From Lama guanicoe (Eukaryota), in the NCBI GenBank assembly GCA_013239625.1, contig MU053881.1:5229957-5293956 (forward strand): DNA of 64,000 bases, in the 5' to 3' direction. Position numbers and translations under genes: made by a program. Under the pieces are notes generated by a model. It saw only the letters and a list, made by a program, of their open reading frames with translations. It was not told the origin of the DNA and searched no databases. Of the stretch, positions 1-11,325 are shown piece after piece; position 1 is the stretch's first letter, and the number at the start of each line of letters is the position of its first letter.

Positions 1-324
1 ATGCAACCTGCCAGGCAGATTCTTCTCATCGGAGATCAGGTGTCCTGGACAGGGCTCAAGGGACCCTCGGGAACTGCTGTCAGTGCTATGTCAGTGCCTC
101 CCAGTCCAGTCCCTCAGCCTGAAGCTCACAGTCACCTAGGTAGGGCTTTCAAGGCAGGGAGTGAAGGGCGCTTGTCAGCCAGCCCCGTCCGGGGACTGCA
201 GGGGCAGGCCTGAGGCTTCTTGCCACGGTGGCAACAGTAACCACCCCAGTGGCCGCCCTGGGCACTGCGCTAAAGCCTCGGCCTGCTCTATTCCATTTAA
301 CGCTCACCCCCGCCAGCCGTGAGG

Positions 325-455
325 AAGCTACCCATTCTCCCCAGTCACAGTGAGGAGACCCAGGCACCGAGAGGGAAGTCCCTGCTGAACATCACCCCAC
401 GGGAAGTGGCCGAGCTGAGATCTGACCCCAGGCAGCCTGGCTACAAGGTGAGTGT
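325..455 (-). mobile_element. MIR SINE fragment
   Basis: Degenerate MIR core: cccatt...cacagtgaggagacccaggcaccgagagggaagt...gagctgagatctgacccca. Confidence 0.6.
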
Positions 456-2869
456 CTAGACTCGGACACCAGACCTCTCTCCACTGTAGACCAGTGAGCG
501 GTCTGCTCACAACTCCTAATTAACCACGGCCACCCGTGGAGAGAAACCCATCTGACACCGTGACCCACGGCCCACGCACGCGCACGCACACAGGCACAAC
601 GGACACAAAGTTGCAGAGGCAAAAAGAGTCTCCCTACATGAATGCACTCGAAATTTTATTTTTCATTCTATGTCATTAAAGATTTTTTTAAAAAGCTGGT
701 CACACACAGCCTACATGGGACAGACCACTTGATCTGGTGGCCAGGCCTTGTTTGGGGCGCTGGGCACTGGCCCCTCCCTCTCTGAGGCACGGGGTAGCAG
801 CACCGTGTGCTCGGCAGTGATGTAACCAGCTATTTGGCCCGCTCTGCAGAGCGTTCTATTCCTTTCCCTTCAGCTTCGCGGGGGCTGCCGGCGGCTGTCC
901 ATCCCATTCATGGCTGAACCCCAGTGCCCAACAGATGTCAGCTATATGAACGAGGGTGCACACTCCGGAAAATGCAGACAAGGCACACCCCAGGATCAGC
1001 CCAGCCCGGGTGCACAGCACTTAAGCAAAGAGCAGGCTGGCCTTGGGACAATGAGCTATAAAAGACTGTAAAGTCAGACAGAAAAAGATGATATTCCAGT
1101 GCAGGAGGCAGACATTCAGTTGGAATTTCTTTCAGGTATCACCTCCTCCAGGGAGCCTTCCTTACTCCCATAGCCCCAGAGCTCCTCCCTTCTTGCCAGG
1201 AGAGACAGAGAGGGGAGGAAGCAGAGGTGGGAGCAGGAAGAGAATAAAAACAGAGGGAGGTCCTAGTTCCTTCTGTTTTTACAGATTTTTTTCCACAGGT
1301 AACGTCTCCACATTTCCTATGTGCTGGACAGACCCACTGCCTCTTCTCACTTCCACTGATGGATAAGATGGCTCCTCCCTTGCACCCCAACCCCAGCCCC
1401 CAGCATCCTCACAGGCCATCACTAACGAGCCTTGACAAGTCAGGGTCCCTGACCATGTGCTGATAGCTTCATAGGTTTCAGGGCAGTTGGAGGAACCACT
1501 GTCACTTCGAGAGGCTCAGACTCAGGCCACTTGCTCAGATGGGAGGCTATCAGAGTGATTCTTCATGACCTGGTGGGAGGGAGGCAGCTGGGGCCAGATA
1601 AGGCAGGCAAGCCCAACCGAACTTTCTGCTGTGATTGGGTAAAGGAGGGAGGCGCAGGGAGAGGGGGATGTCACTGCTTAGGTCATCCATGCAGCCACCG
1701 TGGTGGCTGTAAGGGGAGTGACAAAGGCTGCTGTCCTCCCTAGAGCTGAGATAGTCCAGATCCAGGGAAAAGAGTGGCTGCCGGGCTCTTGGAGCATCAA
1801 CACCCACGGCCGGAGGGCGGCAGGTGGGTCCACCACCCAGCCGGCTCTGTTTCCAGGTCAGATAAAGGAAGAGGCTCTGCAGGGAGGGCATCTGGGTGGC
1901 CCGGGAGGAGCAGGTGCTTTTGGTCCGGACGCAACATTTGGAGACTGACCATCTAGGCCAGGAAGCCTGGTTCTCCCCCTCACACTGGTGTGCCTTGGTC
2001 CTCTACCTCTCCAAGCCTTTATCTGCCTCCCCATAAGATGAGGATGAATATAGCCCCTCTAAAGCAATGCTACGACGATTTAAAATAGGGAGTGTGGGTA
2101 AAGCCCTTGACTCAGGGCTTGGAATAGAGCAGGGTCAACACACTTCCCTCCCTCCAGAGCTCCAGGATGCCGCTCACTGACCTAACACTAAAAACAGCCG
2201 TTAAATTGGTCAAGCATGGACTGACTTAATGATTAAACCCAATCGGCAGTTTGAATTCAGCCTCTTCTCCAACCAAAACTACAGGTGAGCCCCAGAGGCA
2301 CACTGAGGGTGGGGACTGAAATGAGCTGGTGGAAGAAAGGGGAATGTTCCTCCTCCCCGTGCCCCCTCCCTGCTGGAATTCTGCCCTCCTCTCTCCCCAC
2401 CTGTTCGTGCTTCTTTTTTCCCCTCCTTTTTCAAAACTCAGATTAAGGCTAACAGAGTGCAGAGGAAAGGATCGTGTGGTATGAGGGATCAGACCTAGAT
2501 CTTCTTCTAAGCCCAGCTTTTCTGCTGCCTAACAGTGTGAGTTGGGGCAAGTGTCTCAACCTCTCTGTGCTGAGCCAGGGCTGAACTGCAACTAGAAAAG
2601 GAATGGGTAATGCACCCAGTAGGAGCTTAGACAGCACGAGTTCCCATGCTGACCCCTGTGCACTTGTTTATAAGGCACTGATCTGAATTTGCTGATGCCC
2701 TTTGCAAGGGCCACCAAAGGGCTACCCCTCAATCGATCATAAAGGACATTCCTTTTCTTTGACATTTCCTTATTGGACACAACAGCACACCAGGTGTACT
2801 GTGGGGCAGCCCGTAAATGGTATCTGAACCATGGATTGGGAGGATACTACATGTCGAGGGATGCATGCA

Positions 2870-3025
2870 GGACTTTGGAGCTAAATAAACCTGGATTTTG
2901 ATCCTGATTCTGCCAACTGCATGAGCCATGCAAGGTGGGATGAGTCATTTTATTTCTCTGAGCCCTGGTTCCCTTACTGGTAAGATGGAGATGATAATCC
3001 TTGCAGGGCTGTGGTGAGAATTAAA
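2870..3025 (+). mobile_element. MIR SINE fragment
   Basis: tctctgagccctggttcccttactggtaagatggagatgataat...gtggtgagaattaaa resembles the MIR core. Confidence 0.65.
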
Positions 3026-3029
3026 CTCG

Positions 3030-3360
3030 TGCATTCATTCAGCACATATTTACTGAACACCTACTATGTACTAGCCACTGCTCCAGGTGCTGAATCTACA
3101 GCAGCGAATAGAACAAACAAAATCCTCCCTGGGGAGACAGACAGTCAACAGCTAACCACACCTACACTGTGGCACGTGGTGCTCCACGCGAAGAAGAAAC
3201 ACAAAGCAGGGTAGAGGGAGTGGGGAGCATTGTGGGCAGGGGTCACAGCAGGAGCTTTGTGGAGCAGAGACCTAAAGGAAACAGGGAGAAGCCATGTGGA
3301 GGCCTAGGGGAAGAATGTTCAGGCAGAGGGATCAGCAAGTGCAGAAGCCTTAAGGATGCT
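3030..3360 (-). mobile_element. L2 LINE 3' end fragment
   Basis: cattcattcagcacatatttactgaacacctactatgt is the reverse complement of the L2 3' terminus. Confidence 0.7.
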
Positions 3361-5692
3361 TGGCATGTAAATGAAGGCACATATGCAGGGAGCCTGGCAC
3401 AGAATCCAGGTGCTCGGCAAATGCCAGCTCTCTATTTCAAGTCCCGGAGAAGGAACCCCACGCATGTTTCCTTTTCCTAAGAACGAAAGCACAAGGGTTT
3501 CTCCAGGGCGAGACTGAGCCAAGTGTTCTTTCAGCCTAAGATGCAGGCAACATGTGAGTTCCACCACCAGTTTTTGGTTCCCTGCCAGGCACCAGGCTCT
3601 GGGCTGGGCAACCAGGGATACAAGATGATCAAGACGTGGGCTTTGTCCTCAGGCAGCCTCAAGGCAAGTTGTGGAGACGGGTGAGGACAATGCAAAGTGG
3701 TCCATGAACAAGCAGAGACAAGAAGGTATTTAGGTAGCAGAATCAAGGATGGGATTGGGTGTGGTTGGTCAGGGAAGGCTTCCTGGAGGAGGTGACAACT
3801 GAGCTGGACTTGGAAAGATGGACTAGATAATGAAGGGATATTCCAGGTATGGGGAGTATCATGTACTGAGCATAGAGGTGTAAAAAAATGGCACAATGTA
3901 TGTGAGAAACTAATTACAGGCAGGTCAGAAAACAATAAATGGTTCTTTGTGTTCCTGGCACCTGTAGCCTGGTGTGGCACAGGAATTTCAGTTCTGTCTC
4001 CTTCCTCAAATTCAATGCATGCTTCAGCCCCAGTGGAGTTTGAATTTTCCACACTTAGCTACTGCAGTGAGTAACTGACCTTAACCCCAGGCTCCCAGCC
4101 CAGGGTGGCCCAGTCCACAGAGAGAGGGCTGAGTGGGATGGAGACGACATAAATATCCAGCTATATTTAGCCTGCCTGGCCTGTGTCTGTCCCTTCATCC
4201 ACCCCAAGTCTGACCCACAGGTGGCAGAATGGCTTTTTTTTTACTAGAACAGCATAAACATTTCTTACTTAAGAAATCCTACAAAGGGGCTTTGTGGCTG
4301 GAAGGACATATGCTGCTCTATTTGCCAACATCCCTGGACACCTCCGGACTGGGTGGGTGGGTTCTCCCCATCCTGGCAATAGCCCTGGCAGTAGGAGGTG
4401 GAGGCCATTCTCTGGTAAGTGGACCTGGATTCGAATCCCACCTCTGCCATTGACTAGCTGGTGACCCTCTGCTGGTGACTTCACTCCTCTGGAAATCTGG
4501 TGAATCCTGGGTGCAGTGGCCAGAAAGCTACCCAGGAGCTTATAAAGCAGAAAGAACTGGCTCCTCTTCCACAAGCCGGCCTTGGGAATTCGGGGCTCAG
4601 AACCATCCATTCCAATCCCTTCCAGGGGAAGAAATAATTATTTTTTTTATTTTTTTTAAAATATAGTTTTCCTCTTAAAAACCTCACATGTGTATTTCTC
4701 ACCTTTGGCCTAAAGGATGCTACAAATGCCCAGCCTTAAGTCAAATAAAGACAGATTTTAAAGACTTGGGGGCGGATTGTGAGTGGACAGACGTGGGTCC
4801 CCATCCAGACTGCCTCTACTAGCAACATGACCTTGGGTGTGTCATCTCCCCTCCTCTAAGCCTCAATTTTTTCATTGTAAAATTGGGGTACACACCTTTA
4901 CCGTGAAGCTTCTTTGCATATCCGGCTGGGGTATGCAAAGTACCGGACACAGAGCCCCTGAGCGCCGATCTATACCCACAATTACCAGGTATTTTCTAGT
5001 AAGGCCTCCTCTGCCTCCCCACTCCCACTTCTTCCCGCTCTGAATCCCCTTTTTCTGGCCATGGAAATTCTGGGGGTGGTGCTAACTAGGGGGCGATGTG
5101 CTCTGCAGCGGCGACTGCGAGGGGCTGGAGAGCCCCCAGCTGAGCGGACACCAGCGGGGGGCGCAGCCGGGGTGCGCGTGGGAACGTGGCCAAACCAAGA
5201 CAGCATGTGTCGCGGGGGCGCTGGGTGGCTGGGAACTGGGGTACCCCTGCACGCACTCCCCCCTTCACTCTCAGCCGCTGCAGTCTCGGGACAACGGGCG
5301 GCTTCTGGCCGTCGGAAGACCTGGGGAGCCGGACTCCATTCACCTCCCCCGGAACGCCCAGGGCTCCCTCATCAGCGCCCTTGGGCTGGAACAAAGGCAA
5401 GGGGATGCGCGGCATCGCCCCAACGGCTCCTTTGCTCATCTGGTCAAAGCCGGGAGAAGGATGACGGGGGTCCCCAAGGTAACCAGGACGCGGTACCCGC
5501 CCTCCCGGAGCGCAAAGCCCAGGCGTTCAGCGTGCCTGGAGCCGGGATTCGGGAGGCACCGGAGACTCCAGCCCGTCGCGCGCGCCGAGGGCTACAAGGC
5601 GGGTGGGGTGGCTCTCTGGAAGTCAACCAGAGGGTCCCCCGAGGAGAGGAGAACCCCAGCGCCCGCCTCCCAGTCAGGGCTCCCCGGCGTAC

Positions 5693-5723
5693 CTGGCAGG
5701 GTCCTATGCACCGTGTTGCCCAT
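5693..5723 (-). CDS. NEURL1B: NEURL1B (neuralized E3 ubiquitin ligase 1B) first coding exon, 31 nt, MGNTVHRTLP + 1 nt (phase-1 intron follows)
   Basis: Reverse complement reads gcagcg-ATG GGC AAC ACG GTG CAT AGG ACC CTG CCA G|gtacgc. Kozak context is strong (G at -3, G at +4) and the donor is a canonical CAG|GT. The peptide matches the NEURL1B N-terminus as I recall it (MGNTVHRTLPD...), and the exon lies in a CpG island. It is too short to appear in the ORF track. Confidence 0.93.
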
Positions 5724-5774
5724 CGCTGCGTCGGGGCGCGGCGTTGGCGGCGGTGCGCTCCGGACGCACGGAGG

Positions 5775-5825
5775 CTAATTACGCGGTGGGCCGGGGACCC
5801 GGGACGGGGTCGGGCTCCAGGGCAT
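5775..5825 (-). other. Candidate uORF in NEURL1B 5' leader (MPWSPTPSRVPGPPRN*), in frame with the main ATG
   Basis: gccgcgATG at 5825-5823 and TAG at 5777-5775, followed by 51 stop-free nt before the main ATG at 5723. Confidence 0.5.
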
Positions 5826-6404
5826 CGCGGCTGCACGGGCGAGCCGGCAGGCTGCAGCTGGGGCGGGTGCCTTAAGGGAAGCGGCGGCGACGGGAGGAGG
5901 AGGCGGAGCCACCGGCCCGAGCCCGCCGGCTCCGCCCCCGCCTCCCGCCGCCTCCAACCGCGAGGGGAGGGGCGGGGCCGCGGCCGCCGCATCTTTTGAA
6001 AGTTTGCACCGGGCGGCGGGAGGGGAACTGCCTAGCATCCCGCCCTCGCCGCTCCCGCGCCCGGGTCAGGAAGGCGCGCTGGGCAGCTGGATGCCCTCAA
6101 GGTGCCGGGCTCGTCAGCCTGCTGGCCTTTCAGTCATGTAGTCCAATACTCTGAGAAGGCCTACTGGGTGCCAGGCGCTGGGCCACAGCGGGCCGAGCCC
6201 TCGACCCTCAAAGCTTGTTTGCAGGGTGTTGGGGGCGCGGGGGTGGGGAGGTCTGGGACGAACAGAAAAGCACAAGGTCATCTCTGACAGCGTGAAGAAC
6301 TTGAAAACAGTCCAGCCAGGGTGACTGGGTGGGATCTAGTGCCTGCAAGTAGAGAAACCTAGGCTGTGTCCAGTGGTTGCGGGGAGGGAACCCATATTCA
6401 TTAA

Positions 6405-6570
6405 TCCACTCACTTGCTCATTCATTAAAATATTTATTGAGCACATCCTTGGTGCCACACACTATGCTGGGCATTGCAGGTACAGGTAAGGCATGTTAGT
6501 GGTGAAGACAGAAATAACAAGCAATTAAGATCATATAATGATCAAAGCCAGGAAGAAAATAAAACAAGAT
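6405..6570 (-). mobile_element. L2 LINE 3' end fragment
   Basis: cattcattaaaatatttattgagcacatccttggtgccacacactatgctggg matches the antisense L2 terminus. Confidence 0.7.
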
Positions 6571-8261
6571 AAGACTGATGGGGTGATTTTATGGGGCCCA
6601 GGGAGAGCCTGGGGGCATGTGGGCTCCATCTAATGGACAGCAAAGAATCAGCACGGGAAGAGCAGGGGAGAGGGAGTAACAGGCGTTACTCATTGATTCA
6701 TTCACCCCCACCCCCCACCCCAGATCTGAGCACCTCTCCTGTGCAGGAACCCAGGCCAGTCAGTGGGGCGGGAAACCTGCTAGTCCCTGCCCTCACTGGG
6801 CTCCATTTTGCAGATCAGAACACCGAGGCTCAGGAGGTGCAATGACTCGCCCAACAAGACCCAATTCCAAACCAGCTTTTTTCTAGCTCTCCTTTCCATG
6901 TTTTTGTAGCTCTTATGACCTTATGAAATATTATCCCCAGTTCACAGATAGGCAGATGGAGGCTCGGAGAGTAAAATACAGGTGCCCAAGACTTCCCAGC
7001 TGGTAAGAGGCAAAGCTGGCCTGGAGCTATGTGAATGAAAGGGGATATCTTAGAGAGTCCTCTCCCAATCCCCAAGCTCAGTTTCTCCGGTGCCCTCTGC
7101 TTCGAATGCCTGACCCATCACAAAGGGTTCTGGTTCTTCAAGGTCAGCTCAAAGCCTCCACCTCTGGGAAGCCTGCTCTATTCCCCATCATGCCCTGATT
7201 TATCATGTATGTCTGAATATCAGGTTGCCTGATATTTGAGTCACTCATTTATCATATTATGGATGCTCTCTCTGTTACTTATTTTTTAAATACAAAGTCC
7301 TTTTTGGGATAGTTACATTAGTCCTCAATCCATATGAGTTTGGGATGCATATAGAGATCAGCATTATTATAAAAGGAGTCTAGGAAATTTTACTTATATA
7401 AAGCAATGCCATGCAAATGGGATTCTGTGACTCCAAGTGTCACAAAGGAGGGTCACAAAGGACGACTACCAGGGAGGTTGTTGTAAGCAGGCCTTTTAAA
7501 GGTGACTTGCTGAGCACCCAAACAAGTGGCAGTGTTGTGCAGATCATAAATGCATACCTGCAAATGAAGCCCCAAGTGTCCTAATGTGATGCAGATGGTA
7601 CCTGCAGAGGGGACACGGTGTCCAGTGGCCACCTGACACATGGATCCAAAAAGGACTGTGTTTTAGCATTTCGGTCCCTGTGATTAAGATGTGCTCTCGA
7701 AATCTAAGGAGACTTCCTCTCCAGATGGAGACCCAACCAGATGATGGTGACACTGGTGTCAAAGCCACATGTAAATAATTTGACCCAAATCATTTCTTGA
7801 AATTTGAGATTGGACAAAAGCAGTCTTTCCAAATTAATATTTTGTACGAAAGTGATTTAAAATATATATGTCTCAGTGTATACATATTACAAGTAGGAGT
7901 CTGACTATTTTGTCTCCATCCCTTAAAGTTTATATTTTTCAGCCTTACTGTGCATCTTCTCACTGGGAGGATAGGGAATGCCCTTAACCTTTACTTGGGT
8001 TGCCTAATGTTGGGGCATGTACAGTAGTTGCTCATCCCTCTGCAGTCCCTCTGCACTTTGTCTTGTTGGCCAGTTACAGTCTCAGGGCAGATGCTGTAGC
8101 TGTTTCCCTTCCATCCTCTCCACTGGCAGATGGGAAGCCTCCTGTGGACAGGACCCAGGTTATAATCACAAATGAATCCCTAGTGCCCAGAACAGGAGTG
8201 GCATGCACAGGTGCTCAATATATATTTAAAAAAATTGACTTTAGAGATGCACTGCTCTGAA

Positions 8262-8340
8262 ATGGAAGAAGAAAGGAAAGGATGGAAGAAGGGAAGGAAG
8301 AAGGGAGGGAAGAAGGAAGGGGCAGAAAAGGGTATGAAGG
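8262..8340 (+). repeat. Purine-rich (GGAA/GAAG)n low-complexity tract
   Basis: ggaagaagaaaggaaaggatggaagaagggaaggaagaagggagggaagaaggaagggg. Confidence 0.8.
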
Positions 8341-10289
8341 AGTGAGTTTTAGTTGATAGTAGCCCTGGACTTTGGTGTGATCAATAGTGATATGTGCAGA
8401 GAAGAACAAGCAAACAAAGAAAATAAAAAGAAACTAACAAAATAGGGATGCATTAACAGAAGTATAGCCCGTAGAACAAAGGAGGGGCTTGCTGCTCCAG
8501 TGCATGATTAGACCATTCCAGAAATTGCTTGGGCTCTGGAGAAGCAAGACAAAGCTGCTCCACAAAGGTGGGGCTGGTGGCTTTGGGAGAGCGGGAGACC
8601 CGTCACAAGAGATGTGTGAACAGAAGCAGGGGATGGGGGGCAGCCTTAGGCCAGAACAGTAGCCTCTAGTCATAACCTTTCCTGGCTTTGACGTCCACAC
8701 ACCCTCGACCTTTAACCACATCTAGAATCGCAGAGACAATGCCACTCTCCCTTGGCACCAGGACCCGAGCTTGTGTTGCAGGGGCCCCTGGGTGGGGCTG
8801 CCTCTCCTGATTGTGCACTGCTGGCACAGTCTCCCACTGCAGAGGGTGGAGGGAGGGCCCTGGCCATGCTCCCTGGCTCTGCTCCCTCTGGGCATGCCCC
8901 GGCAGACCCGGCCCCATGCAATGACAGGCAGTCAGGTGCACCTCATAAAAAAGGACATGCACTGAGCTAGTAGGGGGGTGTGTACCCACTGCAGACTCCT
9001 GGGTAAAAGACCCCTTCCTCCAGGGAACCATGGGTCTTTGCACAGACTCCTCCTTGCAAGTCAAGAACTGGGAATCCAGGCTACACTCATACCTCAAAAC
9101 TCAGTTTTTAAATTGCTACAGGAAGCTTCTACTTTTCAGCAAACCCTGACCATCAAACCCTTGATTTCTAAACCCAGTTGTCTTCACCCACAAAAACAGT
9201 ATTTTTCAGTTCCTGGTTACAAAGTGCCAACCATGCAGTGGGCACCAGGCTGCATCTTTTGAGTGATCCTCCTCACAGTCCAGAAGCATGGTCATTAACT
9301 GTTCGGCAGGAGAGGAAATTGAAGCATAGGAGAAGGAAGAGACTGCTGAGTTTAAACAGCCAGGAGGAGGGAGAATTCAGAAGGTTCTAGGTCTCTGTTT
9401 TTACAGAGGAGAAAACATGCTCTGAACACTGAACCCACTCATCCAGTATCACCCAGTGGTGAGCAGAGGAGCCAAGTGTCTTGAGTTTCCCTGGCTCCAA
9501 TACCTATGTTCACACTGTGTTGCCCTCAATGAGTAAATCATGTTTGTATGGTACTGAATCTGGGTGCAGTGTACCTGGTAGCCAAGGCAAAAAGGGAAAG
9601 ATGCCCTGGCACGTGCTTTCCTTGTCCTCTTCCCATGGTGCTGCATACTTGGTGCTGGTGTCAGTTCCAGAGGAGAGCCCATGACTGGGGCACAGAAAGG
9701 CTGAGTGGACAGAATCTTCCTCTAGAGTCTACCCAAAGACACACCAACAGCATTCAGATGGACAGGTCCCATGCTGGCCATCTGAAAAGGCCAAGCACTG
9801 ACATTTTCCTGAAATCCAACAGAGGCAGCTCTGCCACAGGCTGGGTCATGGGTGCCCTGGACTTAGCCTTCCTGTAACACTAGGAAGAGCTTAGATGCTC
9901 TGAGACGCATAGTCATGATGGCCATGGAATGGAAGCCTGAGGCAGGGGTTGAATTGAAATCAGTTCATGATCCCAATAGCTTGCATTCACTGTGCAGTTA
10001 CAATGATAATCACAGCACAATAATAACTAACATTCATTGAGTGTCAGATACTAATTCCTTTAGATGTAGTAAGCTCACATCAACCCTAAGAGGTAGTGTT
10101 ATTCGTGTACCCACTTTACAGGTGGGGAAACCAAATCCCAGAGAGTAAAGATGGCTGGGCCCCAGTCACACAGGCAGAGAACAGTCTGACTGAACACGTT
10201 TGGTTCTGACCCTTGTAAACCTCACAGTCACCTTATGAGTGAGAAAAGAAATTTAGGGTTAAGGAGTTGCTTGTATTTGTTGCCTTTTT

Positions 10290-10397
10290 TTAATTTTAAG
10301 AGTTTTTTTTTTTCTTCCTTAATGAAAGTACTGGGTATTGAACCCAGGACCTTGTGCATGCTAAGCAAATGCTCTACTACTAAGCTACTTCCCTCCC
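10290..10397 (-). mobile_element. tRNA-derived SINE, camelid Vic-1-like
   Basis: Reverse complement has a GGGAGGGAAGTAGCTTAGT head, a B-box-like GGTTCAATACC and an A-rich tail. Degenerate target-site copies (...ttgttgccttt / ...ttattgccttt) flank it. Confidence 0.8.
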
Positions 10398-10849
10398 TGC
10401 TACTTATTGCCTTTTCAAGCCTTCATCTCCTCCAGCAGAGGAAGATACCATTAGCATCTCCATTCTGTAGGGCATGCTGGGAGGCTCAGAGAGGTCCAGC
10501 AATTTGCCCAAGGCCACACAGCCAGTAGGGCAGGAATTGGACAGGAACTCAGCCTGCTCTGACCCCAGAATCTATGCGTTCCTCTTGGCCCCTCAGGTGA
10601 CTGAGAGTTTGCAAAGGGCCCAGCCCATCCTACCTGGAGCCACTTCAGGACATTCTTGCGCTGATCCATCCCAGAGTCCAGTGCCCAGCTTGGCCTGGCC
10701 CAAGGGGGGGAGCCTAATTTTCCCTGCTGCCTTCCTAGAGTTGTGGAGATCCCACCGAGGGGGACACGAACTTTTATAGGAAAACAGGGATAATGAATGC
10801 GGAAAGGGCCAAATCCTAACTATATGCTACTTACTTGCTTACCTTGAAT

Positions 10850-11325
10850 TTTGTTGGCTGTGTGTCTTTGCACAGTTACTTAACCTCTCTGAACACCAGT
10901 TACCTCATCTGTAAAGTGGGGATGGTAATAATGCCTACCTGATAGGAGCTATAGATTTTCAATGAGATTATGATTGGACAGTGCTTGGCACAGAGTAGGT
11001 GCTCAGTAAGTATTTAATGAATGCGTGAAGAATAAATCTAGAGACAGACAAACCCCAGGGACAGGGGTTATCTCTCACCCACAGATGATAGAGTGCTGGC
11101 TAAGGGCTCAGGAACCAGACTATGTAGTGTGGCTTCCCTCCTATCTAGCTGTGTGACCTTGAGCATGTTACTCAACTTCTCTGTGCCTCACTATTCTCAT
11201 GTGTAAAATGGGTTAATAACAGCACTAGCCTCAGAGGATCGTTTTGAGGATGAAGTGAGATAATACATGGCAAGTGCTTAGAACAGAACTGGGCACATGG
11301 GAAATGCTCCGTAAAACGAAGCCAC
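10850..11325 (+). mobile_element. Two adjacent MIR SINEs (~10850-11015 and ~11085-11325)
   Basis: gttacttaacctctctgaacaccagttacctcatctgtaaagtgggg and gctgtgtgaccttgagcatgttactcaacttctctgtgcctca...gtaaaatggg are MIR cores. Confidence 0.8.

Larger units (their letters stand above)
1..5692 (-). other. NEURL1B: NEURL1B intron 1 (continues beyond window start)
   Basis: Begins with the GTACGC donor at 5692-5687 on the minus strand. I saw no NHR-domain coding exon in 1-5692, which contains MIR/L2 relics. Confidence 0.85.
5080..6210. promoter_or_regulatory. NEURL1B: CpG island / NEURL1B promoter and 5' UTR
   Basis: Very GC- and CpG-dense relative to the flanks. GC boxes occur at ~5860-5868 (GGGGCGGG), ~5931-5940 and ~5968-5977, and a TTAAGG TATA-like motif at ~5870. 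The TSS is inferred near 5840-5900 on the minus strand. Confidence 0.88.

Noticed and set aside
1500..1960. Possible NEURL1B exon 2 among intronic ORFs
   Set aside because: The frames I translated show no resemblance to the NHR domain; exon 2 probably lies outside the window.
5061..5999. 312-aa plus-strand ORF and overlapping 226/182-aa ORFs
   Set aside because: They lie in the CpG island where stop codons are rare, have low-complexity Arg/Gly/Pro/Ala composition, and show no recognisable domain.
10321..10397. tRNA gene-like A/B boxes (also at 17910-17984, 20491-20570, 53455-53530)
   Set aside because: These are SINE heads with A-rich tails (most with visible TSDs); no cloverleaf is evident.
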